Positions 26,800 through 36,677 of a DNA stretch of 64,000 bases are shown here, one piece after another. The stretch is taken from IMG/VR virus record IMGVR_UViG_3300035034_003552, one strand, 5' to 3'. How positions within the stretch are numbered: the first letter of the stretch is position 1; each line of letters starts with the position of its first letter. The position numbers and the translations under genes were made by a program. The notes beneath the pieces are model-generated. The model saw only the letters and a program-made list of their open reading frames with translations, did no database searches and was not told the DNA's origin. This stretch comes from a virus. Its lineage: Duplodnaviria; Heunggongvirae; Uroviricota; Caudoviricetes.

Positions 26800-28940
26800 T
26801 GTCAAAGATTATAAAAAGAACAGATCAGACTTATGAAGAAGTTAAAACTAATTTTGAAATAAACGTTCTCAATGATATAGAAACAATTTTTAAGGATATA
26901 GATGCAGAAATATCAGAAAGAATAACTTCTGATGAAGAACTCCAGATTCAAATAGAAAGCCTCAGTGGAGATCTAACATCACAGGTAAGTTTAATAAACA
27001 ACATGATAACAGAAGAGACTAATAGGATAGACAGCAGAGTAGATCAGGAAATCTCTACTAGGGAAATAGAAGTAGAAAACTTAAATACTCGTGTCGATAA
27101 AGAGATTACCGATAGGAAAAACGAAGTAGATAGGCTTGACACCAGGGTAACAGACGAGGCTAATAAAAGGCTCAATGAAGATACACAGCTGCAGAATAAT
27201 ATAGATACACTGGAAAACTATACAGTTAATAATGTATCAAGGATAGATACTGACATATCGAATCTCGAAAATAGGACATCCTCCCTTAATGCAACTGTCA
27301 ATAAAACAATAAATGACAATGAAACAGATAGTATAAATAGGGACAATGATCTGCACGATAAAGTAGATCAAAACGAGGTAGAAAGTATTGACCGAGACCA
27401 GGAGATAAAAGATAAACAGTTTTACATACTGGCCCAGGAGGAAAAGAGTACCTCAGTAGATACAACTTCTGTTACTTTATCCACTGACCTAAACGTTGTA
27501 AGTGACCCCGATTATGTAACAATAAAGAACTTAGATGGATCAGAAGTATTAGACAGCAGCGGTAATCCTGTAGTGGCTGTCTCGATGTCCGATAAGACGG
27601 TAACACTAAGTGAGGCGCCCAATGAGCCGATAAAGATAGAGTTTGCCCATAGGAAGCATTTCTGGAACCTCTCAGCCGACTCGATGCTGGTTGGAGATAT
27701 AGTATCCTCCAGAAAAGACGCAGACATATCAGAGATAATTGGAGTGAAGTATTTTGACGGAACAAAGTCAGTATTCGATAATGATTCACTTGATGTAAGA
27801 ATTGACACTTTAGACAGTGATATTAATTCAAGAGTGGACAATGAAGTCTCTACTTTAAACAGCAGGATGGATAGTGAAGTCTCAACCTTAAACTCCAGAA
27901 TTACCTCAGAAAGAAATACCCTAAACGATAGAATAGATTCTGAAGTAAGTTCGCTGGATTCTGATATAGCCAATCTGGATTCAAGGGTAACTTCAGAGAA
28001 AAATACCTTAAATAACAGAATAGATAGTGAGGTATCCACATTAAACTCCACCATAAACAGTGAAGTTTCTACATTAAATAGCAGAATAGATACTGAAGTA
28101 TCTAATCTTAATACAGCAATAGACACAAGTCATACCTCGCTTCAAAATCAGATAGACTCACTTTCAGATGATTACAACTCTCACCTCCATGATAGCAGAT
28201 ACATTATGGAGGCTGGAGATACAATGCGCGGGAAGTTAAACATGAATGGTAATAAGTTTGTTGTTTATGGAGACAACTCAGATGGTGCATATCTTAATAG
28301 TGATAGCGGCATTTCTGGCCCTAATGATAACTTATTTATCGCAAAAACAGATGCACAGGGCATTCCCGATGGCAACATAGTAATAGGCTGGCATAACTTG
28401 GCTAACGGTTCTAAAGGGAAAGACATCACTATAGATCCTAACAATCTAATCCATCTTCACGAAACTACCCGTCTCTCTCAAGGGGCCACTCTTCAGAAGA
28501 CAAAATCAAATGGAGCAACAGACACTATAATAGATGATCATGGTAGAGTCTGGAACTCTGTTTACAATGACCTGGCAGAGATGTTTGACTGTGACGTAGA
28601 TGCTTCTCCTGGGGACATAATGTCGATTAGTGATGGTAAAGTAATAAAATCTCAACGATATTACAGCGAGAAGGTAGTTGGTGTTTACTCAGACACTTTT
28701 GCTCAATGTTATGGTGGTCAGCCTGATGATGAAGGAGCTGTTCCAATAGGGATAGCAGGTCGGGTTGATGTTAAAATAAAAGGTCCCATAGAAGAAGGTA
28801 ACTTAATAACTTCAAGCAAGGAGGAGGGTGTCGGACAGAAGGCAGATGTTCACGTTGTAGGCACGGTAATAGGAAAGGCTTTAGAGAACAAAGAATCAAA
28901 GGGAGTAGAAAGAGTCAAGATGCTCATACTAAATAACTAG
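26799..28940 (+). CDS. Coiled-coil tail fiber with 9-11 aa tandem peptide repeats and C-terminal domain of type I.
   Basis: Long 'ETNRIDSRVDQEISTREIEVENLNTRVDKEITDRKNEVDRLDTRV...' coiled coil. Repeat block 'RVDNEVSTLNSRMDSEVSTLNSRITSERNTLNDRIDSEVSSLDSDIANLDSRVTSEKNTLNNRIDSEVSTLNS'. 'NSHLHDSRYIMEAGDTMRGKL'. The C-terminus is shared with the 22686 gene. Confidence 0.75.
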   Translation: MSKIIKRTDQTYEEVKTNFEINVLNDIETIFKDIDAEISERITSDEELQIQIESLSGDLTSQVSLINNMITEETNRIDSRVDQEISTREIEVENLNTRVDKEITDRKNEVDRLDTRVTDEANKRLNEDTQLQNNIDTLENYTVNNVSRIDTDISNLENRTSSLNATVNKTINDNETDSINRDNDLHDKVDQNEVESIDRDQEIKDKQFYILAQEEKSTSVDTTSVTLSTDLNVVSDPDYVTIKNLDGSEVLDSSGNPVVAVSMSDKTVTLSEAPNEPIKIEFAHRKHFWNLSADSMLVGDIVSSRKDADISEIIGVKYFDGTKSVFDNDSLDVRIDTLDSDINSRVDNEVSTLNSRMDSEVSTLNSRITSERNTLNDRIDSEVSSLDSDIANLDSRVTSEKNTLNNRIDSEVSTLNSTINSEVSTLNSRIDTEVSNLNTAIDTSHTSLQNQIDSLSDDYNSHLHDSRYIMEAGDTMRGKLNMNGNKFVVYGDNSDGAYLNSDSGISGPNDNLFIAKTDAQGIPDGNIVIGWHNLANGSKGKDITIDPNNLIHLHETTRLSQGATLQKTKSNGATDTIIDDHGRVWNSVYNDLAEMFDCDVDASPGDIMSISDGKVIKSQRYYSEKVVGVYSDTFAQCYGGQPDDEGAVPIGIAGRVDVKIKGPIEEGNLITSSKEEGVGQKADVHVVGTVIGKALENKESKGVERVKMLILNN
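27797..28130 (+). repeat. Tandem about 27-33 nt DNA repeats encoding the (D/T)SEVSTLNSRI peptide repeats inside the 26799 fiber gene.
   Basis: Read directly. The repeats also create the spurious antisense ORF 27512..28126 (repetitive 'SILLFKVETSLS'). Confidence 0.6.
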
Positions 28941-28952
28941 GAGGAAATAAAA

Positions 28953-29246
28953 ATGACAGTAATCGATATTAATGGTGTGGTCTTAAAAGAGTATAGAGAT
29001 GCTAATTTCTATATTGCGAATGGAACTAATGGTAAAACATACGGGTTTAAGATGTCCAAAAAGACAGGTTCTACTGAACTCAAACAGCTCGCCACAGACG
29101 CAGAAGAGTTTAACATAAGAATGATAGATAATGACAATATGGATGTTATAGCAGAGCTTTTAGACGCTGAGCTCGTAAATTACAACTTTGACGATACCGA
29201 TGAAGAAATAAATCTAAAGGGAACTAATTTAACTATTTATAAATAA
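28953..29246 (+). CDS. Hypothetical small protein.
   Basis: SD 'aggagg'; 97 aa; followed by a GC hairpin. Confidence 0.55.
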   Translation: MTVIDINGVVLKEYRDANFYIANGTNGKTYGFKMSKKTGSTELKQLATDAEEFNIRMIDNDNMDVIAELLDAELVNYNFDDTDEEINLKGTNLTIYK

Positions 29247-29257
29247 AAACTAAAATA

Positions 29258-29277
29258 GCGGGGGCGCAAGTCCCCGC
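29258..29277 (+). terminator. GC-rich hairpin (weak intrinsic terminator) after the fiber gene block.
   Basis: 'gcgggggcgcaagtccccgc': a 6-7 bp G:C stem, but the downstream tract is not U-rich. Confidence 0.35.
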
Positions 29278-29299
29278 ATAAAACAAATAGGAGGATAAC

Positions 29300-29629
29300 A
29301 TGTACGAATATAAAGCAGTTGTAACAAGAGTAATAGATGGTGACACATTTGAAGCCAATGTAGATTTAGGATTTAAAACCTATCAGAGACAAACCTTCAG
29401 ACTAAAGGGTGTTGATACTCCAGAAGTTTATGGAACAGAGGAGATAAGAGGTCTGGAAGCAAAAGATGTTGTTGAGAATATGATTTTAGGCAAAGAAGTT
29501 ATTATCGAGACAGAAAAGACTGGCAGCTTCGGTAGATGGATAGCAGATGTAACGGTACCCAGAGAAAATGGGGGAATTAATTTAGGAGATTTACTAATAA
29601 AGAATGGTTTGGCAGAAATATACGAATAG
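29300..29629 (+). CDS. Thermonuclease (staphylococcal nuclease, SNase-like) family protein.
   Basis: SD 'aggagg'. 'VIDGDTFEANVDLG...QRQTFRLKGVDTPEV' matches the SNase signatures (DGDT ... RLxGIDxPE); 109 aa. Confidence 0.7.
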   Translation: MYEYKAVVTRVIDGDTFEANVDLGFKTYQRQTFRLKGVDTPEVYGTEEIRGLEAKDVVENMILGKEVIIETEKTGSFGRWIADVTVPRENGGINLGDLLIKNGLAEIYE

Positions 29630-29642
29630 AGGTGTTTAAGTA

Positions 29643-32141
29643 ATGTCAAAAGATTATATAGAAGATTTTATGGGCACACTACCCGAGTACCAGAGAAAAG
29701 AGTTTGATAAGATACTCGGCAAAAAAGAAGAAGATGGACTTATCAAGAGCAAAGAAGAATATGAACAGGAGCTTGATAAGCTAATAAACAAACTGAATGA
29801 AGAAAAACCAGAACCAATGACTAAGTTCAGAAAACAGTCTGGGAAAACAGATTCTGGAGATTATAATAAGACTTTTGATGAAATAAATATAGACTTGAAC
29901 GCATTATTTCAACAGTCTACCAACCTGGATAAAGCTGTTTCCAAACACCACCAGCTGAATAAATCAGGGTTGATGCTGATCAAAAAGAATATAAAGGACC
30001 TGGAGAACAAAGTATCAAGATATATGACACTACTTGGCAACAACGAAGGGTTTATAGATTCCTTCTATGAAACATTTTTGGATTCTACCAATAAAGAAAA
30101 AGAACATAAATACTATACAGACCCAATGACAGAAAGTCAGATCGACAGTAATGATATTGCTAAGATAGACCAAACAGGAGAGGCTCTAAAATTAGCAACT
30201 ACAGAAAGTATAGATTGTTTAACAAGTGAAAGCGGCAGCAGACTTGCTCAAATTAACATATTAAAACAGCCGGGAAGCGGATTTATAGGAGATGCCAATG
30301 ACATCTACGATATAGAAAAGGCAATTGATGATGATTTAGAAAGCTTCTGGGGTGAAGTTATCCTATCAGACGGAGAGATGAAACTTGATTTTAGTGATTA
30401 CGGCATAACAGAAGGAGCTTTTTGCGAATTCGAGATAGTATTCAATTCACTATCAGTAATCTCTGAGATAAACTTTTCTCCATTCACTGAGTTCCCAATG
30501 GAAGTCCTAAATATTAGATCATACGATGGTTTAACCAAAACAGCAGAAAGAACCGACCTCTTAAATCATACAGATTCCATTTCTATAGATGAACCACACA
30601 CCTTCCAATTCCCAGCAATTGAATCAAGAAGATTAGTATTTGTAGTAAACCAAAAACACTTTAAAGAAAATAACTACCTCGTAAAACAATCAGAGAGAAA
30701 TAACACTGAAATGTGGCAGAAGATAACCAATAAAGAAAAAGAAGTAACAGCTTCTGGAGAATGGGTAGATGATCTAAACGGTGAAAATCCTACAGTAAGT
30801 CAGGACTTCCTGAACACTATAAGCGGCTGGGACACATACGAGAAGAAATTAAAAGAATTCAATAAAAAAGTAAGGGAAAATGAAAAGAAATCTAACTTTA
30901 TGGGCACCTTAACCGGTATCTTAACAGCAGGAGCAGTAGTAATGACAGGTGGTGCGATAACACCAGCTCTAACAATAGGGGCAATAGGAGCAGGGGCAGG
31001 TGTAGGAAACCTAGTAAAAGACGGATTGCTTGAGAATTATGACTTCAGAAAAGACAAGTTAATAGAGGTAAATAAAAAAGAGTACTTATACGGCCTATAC
31101 GATATAGATATAAAAGGCAAAAAGTATATAAATAATTCTGTTTATGTATCAAAGCCAATCAAAACTCCGGCCAACATATCACAGATTGCCCTTGAAACCT
31201 CGGAAAGTCACCCCAGCTTAGATGAGTTCCCAAACATAGATATAACTGACATAGAATATTATGTAACTAATATAGATGAACCAACAGAAGATGACTGGTA
31301 TCCGATACTACCGACAAATAAGAAGTTTATAGATTCAGAAAGATTATTTGTTGATGCCTACACAAGCAAGGCAGAACTTAAATTTGAGGTACAGGATATG
31401 GGGTCTATCAAAATATACTCCAACAATGAAAGACTGAATCTAAATACTGACTACAGTCTGGATAATAAGACAGTAGATGGTAAAACCATAACTGTTGTTA
31501 CATTAAATAATATAAGCACAGGCGCTCTCTATACAGCATCATACAGACCAAAGAGTACAGCACATCTGCTTGATTTAGGTAATTCCGATGAAGTCACGAA
31601 GCTGACTAAAATCGAGAACTTTGAAAACGGAGCAGACAGAAACGGCATGGTTAAACTTAAAAACTATCCTTTCATAGACTACAGTAAGATCAACTCAGAA
31701 GAAAGAGCTAGCGGCTATGATCCTAATTTATCTGATTACAGACCGATAGAGGTAACTTTAAACGGGAGAATAGAGGGAAATAACGGTCACCTTTATCCTG
31801 CAGCCAGACCGATGCATATAAATGAGGATGGACCACAAACTAAAAATGTTACAAATTATACTGATAAAATACAAACTTCGCTAAGAGGTTATGAAGTAGA
31901 CGACTATCCTTTCTTTGAGTATCGACAGGATGGCAGCAAGATATTCTTCTCAGACAGTTTCAATGAATACGATAATGTTGATACCACAAACTCTACGGCA
32001 GAGATAAAAGTAAAGTACTCTTATTTAATATCAAAACTGAGAGTTAAAGCCGTACTCAGAAGAAACGTAGCCGGCAAAGAGTCAGTAACACCAGTACTTG
32101 AAGACTATACGCTTAAGTTTAAGACAGTGAATACTGGATAG
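29643..32141 (+). CDS. Paralog A of a five-member family (832 aa) with a conserved N-terminal domain and a central glycine-zipper hydrophobic segment.
   Basis: N-terminal 'KFRKQSGKTDSGDYNKTFDEINIDLNALFQQST...GFIDSFYETF' aligns with the N-termini of the 32153, 34386, 36420 and 36678 products. 'MGTLTGILTAGAVVMTGGAITPALTIGAIGAGAGVGNLV' is a Gly-zipper membrane-like segment. Confidence 0.7.
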   Translation: MSKDYIEDFMGTLPEYQRKEFDKILGKKEEDGLIKSKEEYEQELDKLINKLNEEKPEPMTKFRKQSGKTDSGDYNKTFDEINIDLNALFQQSTNLDKAVSKHHQLNKSGLMLIKKNIKDLENKVSRYMTLLGNNEGFIDSFYETFLDSTNKEKEHKYYTDPMTESQIDSNDIAKIDQTGEALKLATTESIDCLTSESGSRLAQINILKQPGSGFIGDANDIYDIEKAIDDDLESFWGEVILSDGEMKLDFSDYGITEGAFCEFEIVFNSLSVISEINFSPFTEFPMEVLNIRSYDGLTKTAERTDLLNHTDSISIDEPHTFQFPAIESRRLVFVVNQKHFKENNYLVKQSERNNTEMWQKITNKEKEVTASGEWVDDLNGENPTVSQDFLNTISGWDTYEKKLKEFNKKVRENEKKSNFMGTLTGILTAGAVVMTGGAITPALTIGAIGAGAGVGNLVKDGLLENYDFRKDKLIEVNKKEYLYGLYDIDIKGKKYINNSVYVSKPIKTPANISQIALETSESHPSLDEFPNIDITDIEYYVTNIDEPTEDDWYPILPTNKKFIDSERLFVDAYTSKAELKFEVQDMGSIKIYSNNERLNLNTDYSLDNKTVDGKTITVVTLNNISTGALYTASYRPKSTAHLLDLGNSDEVTKLTKIENFENGADRNGMVKLKNYPFIDYSKINSEERASGYDPNLSDYRPIEVTLNGRIEGNNGHLYPAARPMHINEDGPQTKNVTNYTDKIQTSLRGYEVDDYPFFEYRQDGSKIFFSDSFNEYDNVDTTNSTAEIKVKYSYLISKLRVKAVLRRNVAGKESVTPVLEDYTLKFKTVNTG

Positions 32142-32152
32142 GAGGTCAATTA

Positions 32153-34384
32153 ATGCCAGATAAATATAGAATAAAAAGCAACAGCAATATATTAATAAAG
32201 CAAGCTAGAGACATACTGGATAAAATCGGGGACAACATAAGAGACAAGAATCTATCGAAGTCTTCTGAGGTTATAAAAGAAATGCTTGAGGGCTTAAAGA
32301 ATATGTTTACTGAGATAGGTAAACCAAAGATGAAGAAAAGATATGCCCCAATAGATGGTCCCCCTTGGTCTGAGGACTACAATAAAACGATGAAAGAAAT
32401 ACAGGAGGACTTAAACACTTCCTATGATGAGATGCAAAGCCTCGAAGATGGAGTAATAACAGACTTTAACTTCAACAAAATACAGCGTACCAATATAAAT
32501 AATAGAATAGGTGTACTCAAGGAAAGGCTAAATGACTTTGTTTTATTTACAAATATAGATAATGATCTGGTACATGCTAAAGATATGTTCAATAACTTGG
32601 ATATGGTAGACGTAAAAGGAACATCGGGCAGCAGAGCTGCAATAGATACAGATAATGGGGTTGTCTCTTTATCGAGAGCCGGCTCAGAAAATCTATCACC
32701 GAATATGAACGTAGATATAGTAAAGACAAACAGTAACGGATTCCCGGGCAACTTACACCAGGTTAAAAACGCAAATCCTATAGAGGGCGGACAATTTGAG
32801 CCCATAAAAAGAAAAGACCCTGAGTGGATGTTTTACGGAGAAGAAGATATGCACCTCGTACCAGAAACAGTTTTAGATAATAACCCAGATACATGGTTTG
32901 AATATGAGTGCTGCGATATACCAGAATCAAAAAAGAAACAGCAAAAGCACTTCGGATTCACCTATGAAGATGGAGAACAATGGTCAAGAGATCCCGCAGA
33001 ACCATATAAGCGCGATGGCCAGGCTCCAGAAATACAGGACAACAGCTCAACCGATTCATTCCTGGGATCTGTGAATAACGCTTTTAACGGTTCTGGTGGG
33101 ATAGTGGGCTCTGCACTAGGATCTATACACGGTTCTAGTTTAAGAAAGATAGGTAGAATAACTGGTAGTTCTGGTATTTTCGGTAAACTTTTTGGCTCTA
33201 TTAAAAACAGTAAATCAAGTAATAGTGGAAACAGGAACAAAAATCAGGCTGATCTTTCAAAGCCACTTAGGTTAAACCTTGAACTTAGCTTTGAGGAAGC
33301 TCAGATAGCAAACTGGATCAATGTAAATCCACACGTACCTCCTTTTGATGGATCAACAGCTCCTAGAGTTGTAAATATATTCATTTCAGACGGGGATGAG
33401 TATAAGAGATCCATCGTAGATGAGACATATAAAGACCTGCGTCTAAGTGAAGAGTTAAACGAATCTCCGGCTACATATGAAGAAGATGAAATACCTAGTG
33501 GTGATAACTTCACTGGCCAGGCTGTTTATACATTTCCGCCTTCTAAGACAGAAACAATCTCGATAATAATAGAACAGGAAGCTCCTTATGATTGTCGGAT
33601 AGGGCATATATATTACCAGAGAGTGGATAAGATTAAAACAGAAGAGACCGGGCCATTAGGCGGTATTTTCGGAGGTAATGATACATCTTATGAGACAAAA
33701 AAGACTTATGTAGAAGGACCGAAAGTTAAGCTCGGCGTCTTATATACTGACTGGGATGACAAACTAGGTATAACTGATTTAGGTGAAGGAACATTCGCTG
33801 AACCACTTACTGATCTAGTGGGAGGTATATCGGGTTTTGTCTTCGGCAGTGAAGAAAAATCACTTGTTAGCAGCAATATAGAATCTGGGATAAATGGATT
33901 TGAGGGCTGGAGATGGGCGATAGGAATAAAAGGAATCAATGTCTTTGCCTATGAATTCGAACAGACAAGTGAAATAGTAAGTAAAGAGCACATAATAGGG
34001 GATTCAATAAAGAGAATATCTCTTACAGTAAATGAAGAAATACCAAAAAGTTTTGTAACCAACGATAATTACGAAAAAAGAAACGACTGGATAAAATACT
34101 ATGTATCAGTTGACGGCAATCAGTGGCACAGGATAAGTCCAGAGTCACACGGAGAAACAATAGAAAACGGTGATATAGTCCCTGAAGTATACGTAGTAAA
34201 TAGTGAAGTCTCAGAGGAGAACAGAAATCCCAATACTGGTTATATAGATTTAGAAAAGGATGCGGCAACAGTAAGATTTAAAGCAATCCTTTCAAGACCA
34301 ACCAGTATAGAAGATGCAGAGCATTTCACTCCAGTACTAAGAGGTTATGCGCTCAAAATGCAAACTGAAGGTGAGGTAGTATAG
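32153..34384 (+). CDS. Paralog B (743 aa) of the same family, with a Gly/Ser-rich hydrophobic stretch.
   Basis: 'KMKKRYAPIDGPPWSEDYNKTMKEIQEDLNTSYDEMQS' N-terminal motif. 'GSVNNAFNGSGGIVGSALGSIHGSSLRKIGRITGSSGIFGKLFGSI'. Confidence 0.7.
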   Translation: MPDKYRIKSNSNILIKQARDILDKIGDNIRDKNLSKSSEVIKEMLEGLKNMFTEIGKPKMKKRYAPIDGPPWSEDYNKTMKEIQEDLNTSYDEMQSLEDGVITDFNFNKIQRTNINNRIGVLKERLNDFVLFTNIDNDLVHAKDMFNNLDMVDVKGTSGSRAAIDTDNGVVSLSRAGSENLSPNMNVDIVKTNSNGFPGNLHQVKNANPIEGGQFEPIKRKDPEWMFYGEEDMHLVPETVLDNNPDTWFEYECCDIPESKKKQQKHFGFTYEDGEQWSRDPAEPYKRDGQAPEIQDNSSTDSFLGSVNNAFNGSGGIVGSALGSIHGSSLRKIGRITGSSGIFGKLFGSIKNSKSSNSGNRNKNQADLSKPLRLNLELSFEEAQIANWINVNPHVPPFDGSTAPRVVNIFISDGDEYKRSIVDETYKDLRLSEELNESPATYEEDEIPSGDNFTGQAVYTFPPSKTETISIIIEQEAPYDCRIGHIYYQRVDKIKTEETGPLGGIFGGNDTSYETKKTYVEGPKVKLGVLYTDWDDKLGITDLGEGTFAEPLTDLVGGISGFVFGSEEKSLVSSNIESGINGFEGWRWAIGIKGINVFAYEFEQTSEIVSKEHIIGDSIKRISLTVNEEIPKSFVTNDNYEKRNDWIKYYVSVDGNQWHRISPESHGETIENGDIVPEVYVVNSEVSEENRNPNTGYIDLEKDAATVRFKAILSRPTSIEDAEHFTPVLRGYALKMQTEGEVV

Positions 34385-34385
34385 T

Positions 34386-36413
34386 ATGGGCATAAGAAGA
34401 AGACATATTAGAGAAACACTAGAGAAGATAATCAAAGAGGAGATACAAAAGGGTAGATATCCCAATACAGAAACAATAACTAATAGATTGAGAAAAGAGT
34501 TTGATAAACACCAACCGGGATTACCCAAGTTCGGACCGATAAAAGCCCCTAAAAATGGGGTGTCTTCTCCAGAAGATTATAATGAAATGATAGAAGAAAT
34601 CTATGAAGATCTATATATGGTGTTTACTGAAACATCAGAACAGGCCAATAGATTGCTTAAGAACTTCGATTATGGTGAAGTAGAGAGAAATAAAATACTT
34701 AAAAGACTCGAAAAGCTTGAGGACAGAATAGATAATCTGCTGCTTCTAGCTGAGAATACGGACGGCTACTTAGACAGCATATATGATAACTTTCACGATT
34801 ATGAGAATATAAACATGGAAGAAACCACGGCCAATGTTGACTTAAAAAGCAGAGAAGTCTCATTGGGAGAAATAAAAAGTGATGGTAAAAAGTATTCTCT
34901 TACTAATAGGAGGTATGAAGTTGATATAGTAGATGGCCCGGGTAGGCTTGAAACAATAGAGTCATTTTCCAACGCCTTGGATGACTATCTTAATTCAGCC
35001 TGGATGACAAAACTGGTAAAGAGTGATAAGTCTTCAGCCACAGTAGAAGTGGTTATCCATCTGACCGATCTCGAGAACGACCCCAATGATAGGTTTGCTG
35101 ACGAGATACTGGTAAGCTCGCTAGAGTTTGTCGACAGCAGCCCGAAAATTACTGAAGTTTCGGCCATGTGGTCAAATGATAATATAAACTATTTTAGCAT
35201 AGATAAAAATAAGCAGCTGGTAGATGTTGTAGAGAATGAAAAATGGATCTGCGATGAAACGCCAATGCAATATATAAAGTTGAGGCTGACCAAAAATGAA
35301 CCAGATAAGGAACTTGAAGATGGAAACTTCCTTTATAGGTTCGGCGCCAAGAGTATAGATGTTAAGAAAGTAGGCTTTAAACAAGCTGGCAGATTTGTTT
35401 CAAAATATCATGATGTTAGTAACATAGATAGTGCGAATCCAATCAATCAAGTATCACTTGATGTAGTAGAAGAACTTCCCAAATTTACTTCTATAGAATA
35501 CTACCTTGACTTCCCCGAAAGTACAGGACTTATTCCCATAAGTAAGATAGAAGATCCAAACCCAGAACACACTAAAATAATCAACCTGGATAATATCTCG
35601 ACACCAAATCCAATAGACATAACTGGATCCTCAAACAAGATAGATACTCATAACGGAATAGACTTCTACAACCTAAAGTCGCTCGGCCACACCCCAACAA
35701 AAGGTAGTGTTAACCTATACAGAGGTAAGGACATGTGGAAAAAGCAAGAATTTGTAACAGAAAGCTATAAAGATACCGATTATTCCCATGAGCCAACACT
35801 TAAAGATTGGGTGAACCTCCCTGGTGATGTTAAAAAGAGCGATATAAAACCCGATTTTCTAAACAGCAGCTCAAACTTGAATAAATCAAATAGCCAGGGA
35901 GCTATGACCAAGTGGACTACTTACATTCATTGTGAAACAACTAAAACCATAAAAGAGAGCATAACAATAGCAGAAGATGTTAATACAGCTCTAATACTAA
36001 ATGGTAGAACAGTTTCAGTAGATGAGGATGGCAATTATATTATCAGAATGCCTCAAGGTTGGAACAAGATAGAAGTATTAAGTTACAACAAAGATAACAA
36101 TTCGACTAATATAAATATTAACTTCTCCCCTCATAACTACGGTAAAATGCTTGCCGAAAACTCTCCTCTAGAAAAAGTTAGCACTTATGATCTCAAGAAT
36201 AATGTCTTAATGAATGATAAGAATAAATACGCCATAGACGGCAATAAGATTATTCTAAACTATGATCCTAGCGGTCTAGAGTATGAAATAAGCTACTCTT
36301 ATGCTGTTTCAACAGGGTTTAATGAAATTAAGCTAGTGGCAGAACTTAAAAGAGAAAGAGACCAGGCAAGTCTTACTCCAAAACTTAAGAAATACAATAT
36401 AAGAATTTCATAG
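34386..36413 (+). CDS. Paralog C (675 aa) of the same family.
   Basis: 'FGPIKAPKNGVSSPEDYNEMIEEIYEDLYMVFTETSEQ...GYLDSIYDNFHDYE' aligns with A, B and E. Confidence 0.7.
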   Translation: MGIRRRHIRETLEKIIKEEIQKGRYPNTETITNRLRKEFDKHQPGLPKFGPIKAPKNGVSSPEDYNEMIEEIYEDLYMVFTETSEQANRLLKNFDYGEVERNKILKRLEKLEDRIDNLLLLAENTDGYLDSIYDNFHDYENINMEETTANVDLKSREVSLGEIKSDGKKYSLTNRRYEVDIVDGPGRLETIESFSNALDDYLNSAWMTKLVKSDKSSATVEVVIHLTDLENDPNDRFADEILVSSLEFVDSSPKITEVSAMWSNDNINYFSIDKNKQLVDVVENEKWICDETPMQYIKLRLTKNEPDKELEDGNFLYRFGAKSIDVKKVGFKQAGRFVSKYHDVSNIDSANPINQVSLDVVEELPKFTSIEYYLDFPESTGLIPISKIEDPNPEHTKIINLDNISTPNPIDITGSSNKIDTHNGIDFYNLKSLGHTPTKGSVNLYRGKDMWKKQEFVTESYKDTDYSHEPTLKDWVNLPGDVKKSDIKPDFLNSSSNLNKSNSQGAMTKWTTYIHCETTKTIKESITIAEDVNTALILNGRTVSVDEDGNYIIRMPQGWNKIEVLSYNKDNNSTNININFSPHNYGKMLAENSPLEKVSTYDLKNNVLMNDKNKYAIDGNKIILNYDPSGLEYEISYSYAVSTGFNEIKLVAELKRERDQASLTPKLKKYNIRIS

Positions 36414-36419
36414 GAGTTG

Positions 36420-36677
36420 ATGATAATCGAAAACAAAAACTTTAAAACAGAAATGAAAAAAAGAAATGCGCGGCACAGAGGCCCCACTGAGAGTTATAAG
36501 TATAATATGGATGTTTATGAAAGAGTGGTAGATATCAGTAACGCCTATGAAAACATAGAATACACCGATGAGATCCTAGCTCAAAGACAAGGGGTAGAAG
36601 CTACCAAAAGAAACAATGCACAGAGATTGAATAAGATAAAAGACGAGTTAGGCGAAATGATAAAGGAGGTCAATTAA
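36420..36677 (+). CDS. Paralog D: an 85-aa stand-alone copy of the family's N-terminal motif only.
   Basis: 'KKRNARHRGPTESYKYNMDVYERVVDISNAYENIEY' matches the motif; ATG at 36420, with TTG at 36417 as an alternative. Confidence 0.5.
   Translation: MIIENKNFKTEMKKRNARHRGPTESYKYNMDVYERVVDISNAYENIEYTDEILAQRQGVEATKRNNAQRLNKIKDELGEMIKEVN

Noticed and set aside
27512-28126. 204-aa minus-strand ORF (also 27472..27789) opposite the 26799 fiber gene.
   Set aside because: Its product is a low-complexity mirror of the sense-strand peptide repeats ('SILLFKVETSLS' reiterated) and has no RBS. It is an artefact of the tandem repeats.
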